From: an uncultured Hymenobacter sp.
GTDB lineage: Bacteria; Bacteroidota; Bacteroidia; Cytophagales; Hymenobacteraceae
NCBI GenBank assembly: GCA_964251335.1
Contig: CAXUKA010000001.1
Location: 20,034-84,033 of the forward strand
DNA length: 64,000 nucleotides
Direction: 5' to 3'
This document shows positions 52,282 to 62,252 of the stretch, in pieces. The number at the start of each line of letters is the position of its first letter. The first letter of the stretch is position 1. The position numbers and the translations under genes were made by a program. Under the pieces are notes generated by a model. The model searched no databases. It was not told where the DNA came from and saw only the letters and a program-made list of their open reading frames with translations.

Positions 52282-52962
52282 CTACTGTCTGCTTTTATCG
52301 TACTTCCCCTTCGAAGTATCCGAGTGTCCCAGCCGCATGGAAACGGCAAGCGATAGCTCCGGGCCACCCGGCTGCCGGGCTTTCACCAGTGACCGAATGT
52401 TCTCGGAAGGATTACTTGGGCTTAGGTATTGAATAGGGTCGGCTCCGACCACCACGCCGTGCCCCAGGGCGATGGCGAAGCCCAGTCGCTGCCCTGCTTG
52501 CCAGCGCAGGCCCACCCGTATCTGCCCGACTACGCAAGCATGAATATCTAGTTGGGCGGTTTCCGGAGGGAGCAGTCCCCCCCCGTCAGTCATCGTTACC
52601 GTTACCTTATCACGGCCAACACAGTAGCTCAGGTTAGCCCCCACGAAGGTGGCAAATTTGGCGTCCTCTCCTATATAATAGCGCGCCCCCACCCCAGCTT
52701 TGAGACCGCAAAAGTCGTATCCTAGCCCAGCGCCGGCGTCTAGATGCTTAGCAATTCGGCGGCCATAGTCAACCCCCCACCCGTAGGGGCCATTGAGGCC
52801 ACCGCTTAGGGTAAGCACAAAGGGCCGAATAGGCGCTAGCGAATCAGCCGGGGCTGTTAGCAAGGCTGCCCGGGCCGAAAAATGCCCCAAGAGTAGGCTA
52901 CCGAAGATGATGGCCCCGCTCCTGAATGCGGTGCGACTAGCTGGTAAGTAGGGGTGGGACAT
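52282..52962 (-). CDS. Hypothetical secreted protein, possibly a small outer-membrane beta-barrel
   Basis: Alternating Gly/aromatic beta-strand-like segments (GAGLGYDF, GVGARYYIG, VGANLSYCVG, IRVGLRWQAG). AT-richer context. Confidence 0.4.
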   Translation of the reverse strand: MSHPYLPASRTAFRSGAIIFGSLLLGHFSARAALLTAPADSLAPIRPFVLTLSGGLNGPYGWGVDYGRRIAKHLDAGAGLGYDFCGLKAGVGARYYIGEDAKFATFVGANLSYCVGRDKVTVTMTDGGGLLPPETAQLDIHACVVGQIRVGLRWQAGQRLGFAIALGHGVVVGADPIQYLSPSNPSENIRSLVKARQPGGPELSLAVSMRLGHSDTSKGKYDKSRQ

Positions 52963-53113
52963 ATCAAAGCAGAGATAAGTGTTGATAAACCTTGAAAGGC
53001 CGCTGGACGGCGTTCCACTAGGGAGTTGGCCGACTTAGCAAGCAAATCTTAAGCGTGTTAACTATATGCCCACCAGCGCTTTGCACAGGCGCGACAACAG
53101 TGCCAGCGGGACG

Positions 53114-53533
53114 CTAGATAATCAGCAGCACTGTCCCAACTACAATGAATAAAGCCCCCAGACTACCTAGCCGGCTAAGATGCTCACCCAGAAATAGGAC
53201 ACCCATCACTAAGGCCAGCGCCACACTCAGCTTGGTCACGGGCACCACCTGCGAAACGCTGCCTAGCTGCAAATTTTTAAAGTAGCAAAGCCAGGAGAAG
53301 CCAAGCGTAAGGCCCGACGCGGCCAGAAACAGCCAATTGCTGCGCGTAAGCCCCTGCATTTGCCCCTGCGTACCCCGCCAGTACACGACTCCCCAAGCCA
53401 TCGCCAGCGCGACTACCAGGCGAATAGCAGTAGCCAAGCTTGAATCAATGCCGCGCAGGCCAACTTTAGCCAGGACGATGGTTAAGGATGCGAAAGCGGC
53501 CGAAAGCACGGCATAGGTCCACCACATAGCCAA
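53114..53533 (-). CDS. Single-EamA-domain (4-TM) small transporter, paralog of 40541..40954
   Basis: It begins MAMWWTYAVLSAAFASLTIVLAKVGLRGIDSSLATAIR. It is the last gene of the second RND operon. Confidence 0.7.
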   Translation of the reverse strand: MAMWWTYAVLSAAFASLTIVLAKVGLRGIDSSLATAIRLVVALAMAWGVVYWRGTQGQMQGLTRSNWLFLAASGLTLGFSWLCYFKNLQLGSVSQVVPVTKLSVALALVMGVLFLGEHLSRLGSLGALFIVVGTVLLII

Positions 53534-53566
53534 GAATTCACTGGATTAGTACGGGTAGCCAGCTCC

Positions 53567-54706
53567 TTAGCGGCTGGCCAGCGCTACCTGCACGGGCTCG
53601 TCCTTGCCGATTTCCTCGTTGCCAGCCTTCAGCACCACGTCGCCGGCCTTGAGCGCCCCGAAAACCTGGACCTGCCCGGCGTTCTCGTCGCCCTTTTGCA
53701 CGTCCACCAGCTCGGTTTTGCCGCCCACCACCCGGATGACGTAGGTGCGCTCGGCGGTGCTGACCACGGCGGACTTGGGCACGAATAAGCTGCTCTTGGG
53801 TGACTTAATCGGAATAGTCGCGGAGGCAAACATGCCCGGCTTGAGCTTTTCGCCGGGATTACTGATGTCGATTTCCACCGTCTCGGCGCGGGTGCCGGGC
53901 GTCACGTTGCCGGCTACCCGGTCGATTTTACCCGTGAACTGCTGCCCCGGAAAGGTGCGCACGTTGAACTGCACCGGCGCACCGGCGTGGATATCGCCCA
54001 CGTAGGCTTCGGGCACGGCCACGCGCAGGCGCAGGCGGCTGAGCTGCTTAAGCCGAAACAGGGGCACCGCGCTCTGCCCGCCGCCCGGCCCCACCAGCGC
54101 CCCCGGCGCGGCGTTGCGCTCGGTGATAACGCCGGCCATCGGGGCCGTAATGCGCAGGTAAGCCGCCATCTGGGCAGCGGCCTGGTAGTGCGAGTGGGCC
54201 GCCACCACGTTCAGGCTGTCACTGGTGGCCTGCGTGCGGGCCTGGTCGAGGGCCAGCGGCGACACGGCCCCGGCGGTGCGGGCCGTTTGGCGCAGGCGGC
54301 GAAAAGTGCCCTTACTGGCCTGAAAGCCCGCCTGGGCCACGCTCTGCTTGGAGCGGGCCTCACTCAGGGCGGCGGCCATTTCGGGCGCGTCCAGCTCGGC
54401 CAACAGCTGGCCCTGGCGCACGTGGTCGCCAATATCGACGTGCAGCGCCTTCACGTAGCTGCTCACGCGGGGGAACAGGTCGGTCTGGAAGTAGCTGTCC
54501 AGCTCGCCGGGCAAACTCAGGCTCTGGGCCGGCTGGGTGGCCGTCACGCGCACCGCGTCGTAGCGCACGTCGGCCGTCGTTGGCTCGGCCGTGGCCGACT
54601 GGCTTTCCTGCGCCGCGTCGGGAGAGTTGCAGCCGCCCAGGGCCGCGGCGGCGGCCGTGATACTCAGGCCGGTGAGCCAGCGCCGGGAAAAAGCGGGGAA
54701 ATTCAT
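53567..54706 (-). CDS. RND periplasmic adaptor (MFP) subunit (system 2)
   Basis: The internal Met gives a lipoprotein leader ...AAALGGC. HVDIGDHVRQGQLLAELD hairpin motif. Confidence 0.85.
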   Translation of the reverse strand: MNFPAFSRRWLTGLSITAAAAALGGCNSPDAAQESQSATAEPTTADVRYDAVRVTATQPAQSLSLPGELDSYFQTDLFPRVSSYVKALHVDIGDHVRQGQLLAELDAPEMAAALSEARSKQSVAQAGFQASKGTFRRLRQTARTAGAVSPLALDQARTQATSDSLNVVAAHSHYQAAAQMAAYLRITAPMAGVITERNAAPGALVGPGGGQSAVPLFRLKQLSRLRLRVAVPEAYVGDIHAGAPVQFNVRTFPGQQFTGKIDRVAGNVTPGTRAETVEIDISNPGEKLKPGMFASATIPIKSPKSSLFVPKSAVVSTAERTYVIRVVGGKTELVDVQKGDENAGQVQVFGALKAGDVVLKAGNEEIGKDEPVQVALASR

Positions 54707-54734
54707 AGGAGGAAGGGCAGTTTTAAGGAAAAGA

Positions 54735-57700
54735 TTAAGCCAGCACCGGCTGCTCGCGCAGGTTGTGCTCGGTGGTCGGGGCCTCGTTGCCGTCGAAGTT
54801 GGCGCTCTCGGGGTCGTCGGGGTCGAGCGAGACGGAAACGAAGGTGGTTTTGCGCTGCACGGCGGCAAACACCACCGGCAGGATAAAGAGCGCCGCCACC
54901 GTGGAGGCCAGCAGGCCGCCAATCACGGCCCGGCCCAGCGGGGCCGACTGCTCGCCGCTCTCGCCCAGGCCCGAGGCCATGGGTAGCATGCCGGCCACCA
55001 TGGCGATACTCGTCATGAGCACGGGGCGCAGGCGGGCCGCGCCGGCCAGGCGGGCGGCGGCCACCGCGTCGCGGTAGCGCAGGCGCAGGCTCTCGGCGTT
55101 GGTGACAATGAGCACGGCGTTGGCCACCGACACACCCACCGACATAATCACGCCCATGTACGATTGCAGATTCAGCGTCTGGCCCGTGAGCAGCAGCAGC
55201 AGCAGCGAGCCGGCCAGCACGGCCGGCACCGTCACGAGCACGACCCCCGCTACCTTGAGCGACTGGTAGTTAGCGGCCAGCAGCAGTAAAATAACCACGA
55301 TGGCCAGGCCCAGGCCGGTTTGCAGGCTGCTCAGCGTTTCGGTCAGCAGCTGGGCCAGGCCCCGCAATTGCACCACCGAGCCCTTGGGTGGCGCGCCCAC
55401 GGCCTTGATGGCCTTTTGCACGTCGCGGGTTGCGGTGCCCAGGTCTTTATGGTCGATGTTGGCCGAGACGGTCACGATGCGCCTAGGGCCGATGCGGTCA
55501 AACTCGCCGGGCACGTTGGCCGTGTGCAGGGTGGCCACGTCGCCGAGGGTGGGGCGCGTCTGGCCCGGCACCAGGGGCAGGTTCTGCATGTCGGCTTCGC
55601 TTTTCATATCCTGCGAGGCCAGTTGCACCTGCACCTGGTAGGCAAAGCCCTTGCTCTGGTCGAGCCACAGGTTCTTGGCCGTGAAGCGGCTGCTGCTCGT
55701 GGCCGCTACCAGCGACCGGGCAATCTGGTCGGGGGTGAGGCCAAACTGGGCGGCCCGCTCCCGGTCCACGTTCACCTGCACCGTGGGGTAGCTCAGGGGC
55801 TGGTTTACCCGCACGTCGCGCAGGTAGGGAATCTGCCGGAGCCTAGCCACCAGCTTGTCGGCATAGCCTTTGCCGTCTTGCAGGCTCTTGCCCCCCACCA
55901 GGATTTCGATGGGCGTCTGGGCCCCCTGGCTCATAATTTTATCGGTCAGCTCGATGGGTTCGAAGCTCAGTTGCACGTCGGGCAAGTGCTGGTGCACGGC
56001 CTGGCGAATCTGGTCCTTGAGGTTATCCAGGTTCTGCACCTTGTAGTCTTCGGCCAGGTTTACCTGCAAGTCGGCTTCGTGCGGCCCCGCGTTGAAAACG
56101 TACAGCGCCGAGGTGCCGTAGGAGCTGGGCGTCATGCCCACGAAGGCCGACGAGATGGCCACGTTCTTGGGCCCCACAATTTGTCCGATGAGCTTGATAA
56201 CCTCCTTGGTGCGCTCCTCGGTGCGCTCGATACGCAAGCCTTCGGGCGCGATGAGACGCACCTGAAACTGCTTGGAATGGGTGATTTTGGGCATCATGTC
56301 CTGCCCGATAAAGTAGAAGCAGACCCCAATCACAGTTGCGCAAACGACGCCGTATACCGTGCCCACCAGCACCCGGTGGCGCAGCAGCTTATCCAGCGTA
56401 TTTAAGTAGGCCAGCTTCACCCGCTCGAAGCCTTTTATTTCCTTAGGATGGGTTTCCTCGAAGGTTTCCTGCTGCGCGTCGCGGGGCTGGCTCAGGTCGG
56501 GCAGCAGGCTCAGTTCGTGCTCCGAGGTGTGGGTGTGGCCCTTGAGCCACCAGTTGGCCACTACCGGTACGAAGGTTTGCGACAAGGTGTAGGAGGCGAT
56601 AATAGCGAAGCCTACCGAGAGCGACAGCGGAATGAACATGCCCCTAGGCACGCCCGACATCAGAAACGCCGGCGCGAAAACGGCCAGAATGCTGAGCGTG
56701 ATGAGCAGCAGCGGAAACGACACTTCTTGGCTGGCATCCAGGATGGCGCGGGCCTTGGTTTTGCCCATTTCCTGGTGCTGGTGAATGTTCTCAATTACCA
56801 CCGTGGCCTGGTCCACCAGAATGCCGATAGCCAGCGATAAGCCCGACAGGGTCATGATATTAATCGTCTGCCCGCTCAATTGCAAAAGCAGAATGGCCGT
56901 CAGAATCGAAACCGGGATGGTCAGAATCACGATGAGCGACGAGCGCAAATCGCCCAGGAACAGGAATACGACCAGGCCCGTGAGCAGGGCCCCCAGCCCC
57001 CCTTCGAAAGCCAGGCTGTGCACGGCCTGGCTTACGTAAATGCTCTGGTCGAACTCGTAGCTGAGTTGCACGTTGTCGGGCAGCAGGGCGCGCATCTCGG
57101 GCAGCTTGGCCTTGAGCGCGTTAACCACGCTCATCGTGGAGGCGTCGGCCGACTTGGTAACGGGGATGTAAACCGAGCGCTTGCCGTTGATGAGGGCGTA
57201 GCCCACCGGCACATCGGTGGCATCTTCCACCGTGGCCACGTCGCGGATGAATACCGTCGGCCCTACCCCCTGTCGCAGCGGGATGTTGAGAAAATCGGGG
57301 ATTTTGTCCAGCACCGTGTTGCTGGGTGTCAGCACCATATAGTTGCCCATGCCCACTGAGCCGGCTGGTGATACCTGGTTGTTTTTGACGAGGGCCGATA
57401 CGATTTCGTCGGGCGTGAGCTGGTAGCTCTTCATCTTGTTAGGGTCCACGCGCACCACCACCGTGCGCTCGTTACCGCCGAAGGGCGGCGGGGCCGAGGC
57501 CCCCGGAATCTGCGAGAACAAGGGCCGGATGCGCGTCGAGGCCAAATCCTGCATCTGCCCCAGTGAGGCCGAGGTGCTGCTGAATACCAGCTCACCAACC
57601 GGCAGGGAAGAAGCGTCGAAGCGCACCACCGTGGGCGGTACCGTGCCCGGCGGCATGTAGCTCAGCACCCGGCTCACCTGGCTGGCCACCTCGCCGGCCG

Positions 57701-58004
57701 CCTGGGCCATGTTCACGTCCTCGTAGAAGGTGCACTTGACCAAACACAAACCCTGAATGTTCTTCACTTCCACGTCCTTAATGCCCGACACGTAGAGCAT
57801 CTGGTTCTGGTAGCGCGTGGCGATGAAGCCTTCCATCTGGGCCGCCGTCATCCCACCGTAGGGCTGGGCGATGTAGATGGTGGGCAGGTTGAGGCGCGGG
57901 AAGATGTCAATCGGGATGCGGCCCAGCGACAGCGCCGCGAAGACGAGGACTCCCAGCAGGGCCACAATAACGGCAATCGGGCGGGCTAATGCAGTCTTTA
58001 TCAT
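54735..58004 (-). CDS. RND efflux transporter permease (system 2)
   Basis: 1089 aa with an AcrB/CzcA-like 12-TM architecture. Confidence 0.9.
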   Translation of the reverse strand: MIKTALARPIAVIVALLGVLVFAALSLGRIPIDIFPRLNLPTIYIAQPYGGMTAAQMEGFIATRYQNQMLYVSGIKDVEVKNIQGLCLVKCTFYEDVNMAQAAGEVASQVSRVLSYMPPGTVPPTVVRFDASSLPVGELVFSSTSASLGQMQDLASTRIRPLFSQIPGASAPPPFGGNERTVVVRVDPNKMKSYQLTPDEIVSALVKNNQVSPAGSVGMGNYMVLTPSNTVLDKIPDFLNIPLRQGVGPTVFIRDVATVEDATDVPVGYALINGKRSVYIPVTKSADASTMSVVNALKAKLPEMRALLPDNVQLSYEFDQSIYVSQAVHSLAFEGGLGALLTGLVVFLFLGDLRSSLIVILTIPVSILTAILLLQLSGQTINIMTLSGLSLAIGILVDQATVVIENIHQHQEMGKTKARAILDASQEVSFPLLLITLSILAVFAPAFLMSGVPRGMFIPLSLSVGFAIIASYTLSQTFVPVVANWWLKGHTHTSEHELSLLPDLSQPRDAQQETFEETHPKEIKGFERVKLAYLNTLDKLLRHRVLVGTVYGVVCATVIGVCFYFIGQDMMPKITHSKQFQVRLIAPEGLRIERTEERTKEVIKLIGQIVGPKNVAISSAFVGMTPSSYGTSALYVFNAGPHEADLQVNLAEDYKVQNLDNLKDQIRQAVHQHLPDVQLSFEPIELTDKIMSQGAQTPIEILVGGKSLQDGKGYADKLVARLRQIPYLRDVRVNQPLSYPTVQVNVDRERAAQFGLTPDQIARSLVAATSSSRFTAKNLWLDQSKGFAYQVQVQLASQDMKSEADMQNLPLVPGQTRPTLGDVATLHTANVPGEFDRIGPRRIVTVSANIDHKDLGTATRDVQKAIKAVGAPPKGSVVQLRGLAQLLTETLSSLQTGLGLAIVVILLLLAANYQSLKVAGVVLVTVPAVLAGSLLLLLLTGQTLNLQSYMGVIMSVGVSVANAVLIVTNAESLRLRYRDAVAAARLAGAARLRPVLMTSIAMVAGMLPMASGLGESGEQSAPLGRAVIGGLLASTVAALFILPVVFAAVQRKTTFVSVSLDPDDPESANFDGNEAPTTEHNLREQPVLA

Positions 58005-58035
58005 TTCAGGTAGAACTAGTAGCTAATAGCTTGAA

Positions 58036-59490
58036 TTACAGCTGCCCGAGCAGCGGGGCCAGGTTGCCGTCGGTGGCGGCGCGCAGCAGCAGCGCCCGCC
58101 ACACATTATTGACGGCAATAGCCTGGTCGTTCTCGGCCCGGTTGAGCACCAGCGCGGCCTGCGTGAGCACTACCAGGTTGTCGAGGCCGGCGTTGTAGCG
58201 GGCCTGGGCCTGGGTGTAGGCGCGCTGGGCGGCGTCGAGCTGCACGGGGGCTTCGAGAGCCGCCTGGCGCACTAAGTCGAGTTGCAATTGCGCGTTTTGC
58301 TGCTGGGTGCGCAGTTGCAGGGCCTGCTGGTCGTAGTCGGCCTGGGCCTGCGTCGAGCGCGCCTGCTGGGCAGCCACTGCCCGCTTGGTATGAATGAGCT
58401 CCGTGACGCGCCAGGTCAGGGCCGCGCCCACCGCGTAGTTGTACACCTTAAAAGGCAGCCCCGCGCCCAGGCTCGGGTCGATGGTATAGGTGCCGTCGGC
58501 ATTGGCGGCAGAAGCCGTGCCCGAGCCCCGGCCCCAGGTAGCGCCGACCACCGAAAGCGTGGGCCGGCTATTGGTAGCCAAAGAATTGGCCAGCGCTTCG
58601 CTGCTGGCCACGCGCTGCTGGTAGGCCCGCAACGTGGGGTGGTAGCGCAGGCTGGCGGTGTCAACCCCGGCGGGCAGCACGGGCAGGCGGGCAAAAAACT
58701 GGGTGGAGTCGGTGAGCACTAGCGCCTGCACCGGGGTGCCTAGCAAACCCGCTAGCCGCACGCGCTGCTGCTCGGCCTGCTGGCGGCTGGCCAGCAGTTG
58801 CAACCGGGCCCGCGACGTTTCGGCGCCGGCCGTCGAGCTGTCAATGCCGGCCTGGATGCCCGCTTGCGTACCCGCCCGCACCACGCGCTGCACGGCCTGC
58901 GAGCGCCGCAGGTTGGCTTCCTGCAAGGCCACTGCCTTTTGCGCGGCCAGGGCCAGCAGGTAGGCGTCGGCCACCTGCGCCTGGTGCGTAAACAGCTCCT
59001 GGTCGTAGTCGGCCTGCGCCTGGCTCACCAGCGTTTGCGCGCGCTGCACGTCGGCCCGGTAGCGGCCAAAGGTCACGGCCGGCCAGTCGATGTAGAGCAT
59101 TCCCTGGCTGGTCCAGGCCGCCTGACTGCTGGTAAAGTCGCGCACGCCCGACTCCGTGATGCCCAAACCGCCAATCAGCGCGCCCCGCGCCTGGTTGGAA
59201 GTGGCGTTGAGGGCCTGCGCCTGGGCCGTGAGCTGGGGCAGGTAGTTGGCCCGCACCGTGCGCACGTCGGCGGTGGCGGCGGCCACGCCCGCCTGCCGGG
59301 CGCGCAGGGCCGGGTAGTTAGTCTGGGCCACTTGCAGGGCCTGGGGCAGCGTCAGCGGCTGGGGTACTTGGGGCAGCTCGCGGGGCTGCTGCGCCTGGGC
59401 AGGCAGGCTCCCAAGCAGTAGGCCGACCAGCAACAGGCTGGGACCCGCCAGCCGGGGGCAAAGAGAAAGAGCAGCGGAAATCAGCTTCAT
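58036..59490 (-). CDS. TolC-family outer membrane efflux protein (system 2)
   Basis: Signal peptide and duplicated coiled-coil halves. It is the first gene of the operon. Confidence 0.85.
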   Translation of the reverse strand: MKLISAALSLCPRLAGPSLLLVGLLLGSLPAQAQQPRELPQVPQPLTLPQALQVAQTNYPALRARQAGVAAATADVRTVRANYLPQLTAQAQALNATSNQARGALIGGLGITESGVRDFTSSQAAWTSQGMLYIDWPAVTFGRYRADVQRAQTLVSQAQADYDQELFTHQAQVADAYLLALAAQKAVALQEANLRRSQAVQRVVRAGTQAGIQAGIDSSTAGAETSRARLQLLASRQQAEQQRVRLAGLLGTPVQALVLTDSTQFFARLPVLPAGVDTASLRYHPTLRAYQQRVASSEALANSLATNSRPTLSVVGATWGRGSGTASAANADGTYTIDPSLGAGLPFKVYNYAVGAALTWRVTELIHTKRAVAAQQARSTQAQADYDQQALQLRTQQQNAQLQLDLVRQAALEAPVQLDAAQRAYTQAQARYNAGLDNLVVLTQAALVLNRAENDQAIAVNNVWRALLLRAATDGNLAPLLGQL

Positions 59491-59794
59491 GCCGCAAACC
59501 TCCCCTTGCCCTATTATACTGACATTAAAGCCAAATTAAAAGATATTAAAAATGGTGGAGCGCGACTTTGACTGAACGGAGCAAGCGGCTCTCTGTGTAG
59601 GGCTGTTACCCCGGCGCTCATCGCTTAGGGTCCTGCTAGCCTCTACGTCACTGCCAGCAGCGAGTAACCTACGGAAGTAGTGGCCAGCGCTTATGTTGGC
59701 CCGAGATAGTGCAGTGTGGATACGGCCGGTTGACCAGCGACACCGGCTAAAGAAAGCACTGCTAATAGAGCCTAATGACTTAACTTACCACGTA

Positions 59795-60847
59795 ATGAAG
59801 AAGATACTGGCAATTGATGGCGGGGGCATTCGGGGTATTGTGCCGGGGCAAGTGCTGGTGGCGCTGGAGCAGAAGCTGCAAGCCAAATCAGGGCGCCCAG
59901 ATGCCCGGCTGGCCGATTTCTTTGACTTTTTTGCGGGCACCAGCACCGGAGCCATTCTCAGCAGCATTTACCTCTGCCCGGCGGCCGGGTCCCCCACTAA
60001 GGCTCGCTTTTCGGCCCAGCAGGCCGTGGACCTCTACGTGCAGAATGGGGGCAGCATATTCAGCGTCTCGGTGTGGAAGCGCATCGAGTCCGGCAACGGT
60101 ATCCTGGACGAGAAGTACGACGCGGCGGCGCTGGAGAAAGCCCTGGGTACCTATTTTGGGGACTTGCCCCTGAGCCAGCTGCTGCGCCCCTGCCTCGTGC
60201 CGGCCTACGATATTGAACACCGCCGGGCGCATTTTTTCGCGCAGCACAACCCGGCACTTTATGGCCCCAGCTACGACTTTCGGGTGCGCGACGTATGCCG
60301 GGCTACCTCGGCGGCCCCTACCTATTTCGAGGCTGCGCGCATCCAGTCGCTAACCAACGAAACCTACGCCCTGATTGACGGCAGCGTGTTTGCCAATAAC
60401 CCGGCCCTGAGTGCCTTCTCAGAGGTGTGCAACGCGCAGGGCGGCCCTACGACGGCGGACCTGTTCATCGTTTCGCTCGGCACGGGCGGCCAGCACAACC
60501 CCTACCCCTACGCCACGGCCAAAAACTGGGGAGCGGCCGGCTGGGTGCGGCCCCTCATCGACATCATGATGGACGGGGCTGCGGAAACCACGGACTACCA
60601 CCTGAGTCGGCTATTTATGGCCAGCGGCCACCGCGACCAGTACGTGCGTCTTCAGCCCGAAAACCTGGGGGGCGCCAGCGCGGCCATCGACGATGCCTCG
60701 CCGGCCAACATCCGCGCCCTCGTGGAGCTGGGGACTGCCACGGCCCGTAAGTTCGATGCCCAGCTGGAGCGTATTGCCGCCACAGTGCTGGCCGACGGGC
60801 CTGACCCCGTGACGTTTGCGTTTGCGGCGCCAGTGGCCGCGCAGTAG
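59795..60847 (+). CDS. Patatin-like phospholipase
   Basis: MKKILAIDGGGIRG (oxyanion hole), GTSTG (nucleophile elbow) and IDGSVFANNP (catalytic Asp). Confidence 0.85.
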   Translation: MKKILAIDGGGIRGIVPGQVLVALEQKLQAKSGRPDARLADFFDFFAGTSTGAILSSIYLCPAAGSPTKARFSAQQAVDLYVQNGGSIFSVSVWKRIESGNGILDEKYDAAALEKALGTYFGDLPLSQLLRPCLVPAYDIEHRRAHFFAQHNPALYGPSYDFRVRDVCRATSAAPTYFEAARIQSLTNETYALIDGSVFANNPALSAFSEVCNAQGGPTTADLFIVSLGTGGQHNPYPYATAKNWGAAGWVRPLIDIMMDGAAETTDYHLSRLFMASGHRDQYVRLQPENLGGASAAIDDASPANIRALVELGTATARKFDAQLERIAATVLADGPDPVTFAFAAPVAAQ

Positions 60848-60855
60848 CCGCCAGG

Positions 60856-62247
60856 CTAGGGCATGGCCACTGGCGCTGGGGCGGCCAGTGGCAGCCACAC
60901 CTCAGCCACGGTACCGCCACCCGACCGTGGGTACAGCCGCAGTCGCCCCTGGTGCAGCCCCACGATGCGCTGGGCCAGGGTCAGGCCGATACCGAAGCCC
61001 GGCACGTCGCCCACCGCCCGGCCCCGCGTCAGGGGCTGGAAAATGCGCTCGGCTTCGTCGGGCGCGATGCCGGGCCCCCGGTCTTCGATGAGCAGCCGCA
61101 CGGCAGCGGGGCCGGCCATTTCCAGGCGCAGGGCCACGGGCTGGCCGCTGGAATACTTGGCGGCGTTGTCTACGAGGTTGCCCAGGGCCGTGCGCAGCAG
61201 CTGCGCGTTGCCGAGCACCTGCGGAGTCTGGGCTTGGTCGTCTATTTCGGCGCTGATGTCCAAGTCAACCGGCTGGCCGGGGCGTTGCTGCTGCGCGCTG
61301 CCCACCACGTCAAGCAGCACGTCAACCAGCTCCAGGGGCTGGCCGTCTAACTGACTGGCCCCGTCAAGACGGGCTAGGTGCAGTAGGCCGTTGGCCAGGG
61401 CCGTGAGCTGGTCGAGTCCGATGACGGCCTGGGCTATCCCTTTTTTCAGGCTGGCCACGTCCGAGTCGTAGGCCAGCGACGTTTCCAGCCAGCCCTTGAT
61501 GCGCGTCAGCGGCGTGCGCAGCTCGTGCGAGGCATGCGCAATAAACGACTGGTGGCTTGCCACTAATCCTTCCTGCCGGGTCAGCAGGTCGTTGAAGGCC
61601 GCCGCCAGCTTGCCCACCTCATCGCGGGGGTTCTGCGGACGTAGCCGAAAGGTCAGCGCCTGGGCTTCGGCCCGGCGCAGCTGCCCGAGCAGGGAGTTGA
61701 GCGGGGCCAGGGCGCGGGTGGCAAACAGCAGGCCCAGCGCGCCCACTAGCGCGACAGCTACGAGGTTGCCATAGAGGAAATAATTGAACAGCCGTTGCTG
61801 CTGGTCGTAGCCCTGCTGGTTGTAAGCGGTGACGACGGCCACAAACTGGCCGTCAGCGTTGGGCCGGCGGTAAGCCAACGCAACCCCCTCCTTGGAATGC
61901 GGATGGCCTGGGGAGGGATACGAAAAGTAGACATGCCCCCGCTGCCGCGCCTGCGCCAGCAGGTGGGCCGACGGTAGGTAGTCGGCGTCGGCACTGGCGT
62001 ACAGGCAGCCGTTAGCCGGCGTGTAGACCTGCTCGGCCTGCTCGGGTAGCGAGTTGAGCATCGTGCCCGCAATAGAGTCGTTGAGGGCCAGTAGCTGCTG
62101 CGTCACGGCTGCCTTGCGTAATAGCCGCCCGGCAAACGACTGCTGCCGGAAGCGCGCCGAGCTCACGTATACGTAGCCCGAAAAGACCAGCAGCAGCCCG
62201 CTGACCAACGCCGCAAACCAAAGCAAAAGCTTGTGCCGAATCTGCAT
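60856..62247 (-). CDS. Sensor histidine kinase (system 2, HAMP-HisKA-HATPase)
   Basis: H-box ASHELRTPLT, with DNAAKYS and GFGIGL boxes. Confidence 0.85.
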   Translation of the reverse strand: MQIRHKLLLWFAALVSGLLLVFSGYVYVSSARFRQQSFAGRLLRKAAVTQQLLALNDSIAGTMLNSLPEQAEQVYTPANGCLYASADADYLPSAHLLAQARQRGHVYFSYPSPGHPHSKEGVALAYRRPNADGQFVAVVTAYNQQGYDQQQRLFNYFLYGNLVAVALVGALGLLFATRALAPLNSLLGQLRRAEAQALTFRLRPQNPRDEVGKLAAAFNDLLTRQEGLVASHQSFIAHASHELRTPLTRIKGWLETSLAYDSDVASLKKGIAQAVIGLDQLTALANGLLHLARLDGASQLDGQPLELVDVLLDVVGSAQQQRPGQPVDLDISAEIDDQAQTPQVLGNAQLLRTALGNLVDNAAKYSSGQPVALRLEMAGPAAVRLLIEDRGPGIAPDEAERIFQPLTRGRAVGDVPGFGIGLTLAQRIVGLHQGRLRLYPRSGGGTVAEVWLPLAAPAPVAMP

Positions 62248-62252
62248 CGCGC

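Noticed and set aside
59795-60847. The patatin gene as a CBASS-type effector
   Set aside because: No cyclase/nucleotidyltransferase, E1/E2-like or sensor gene is adjacent. The neighbours are an efflux operon and a two-component system.
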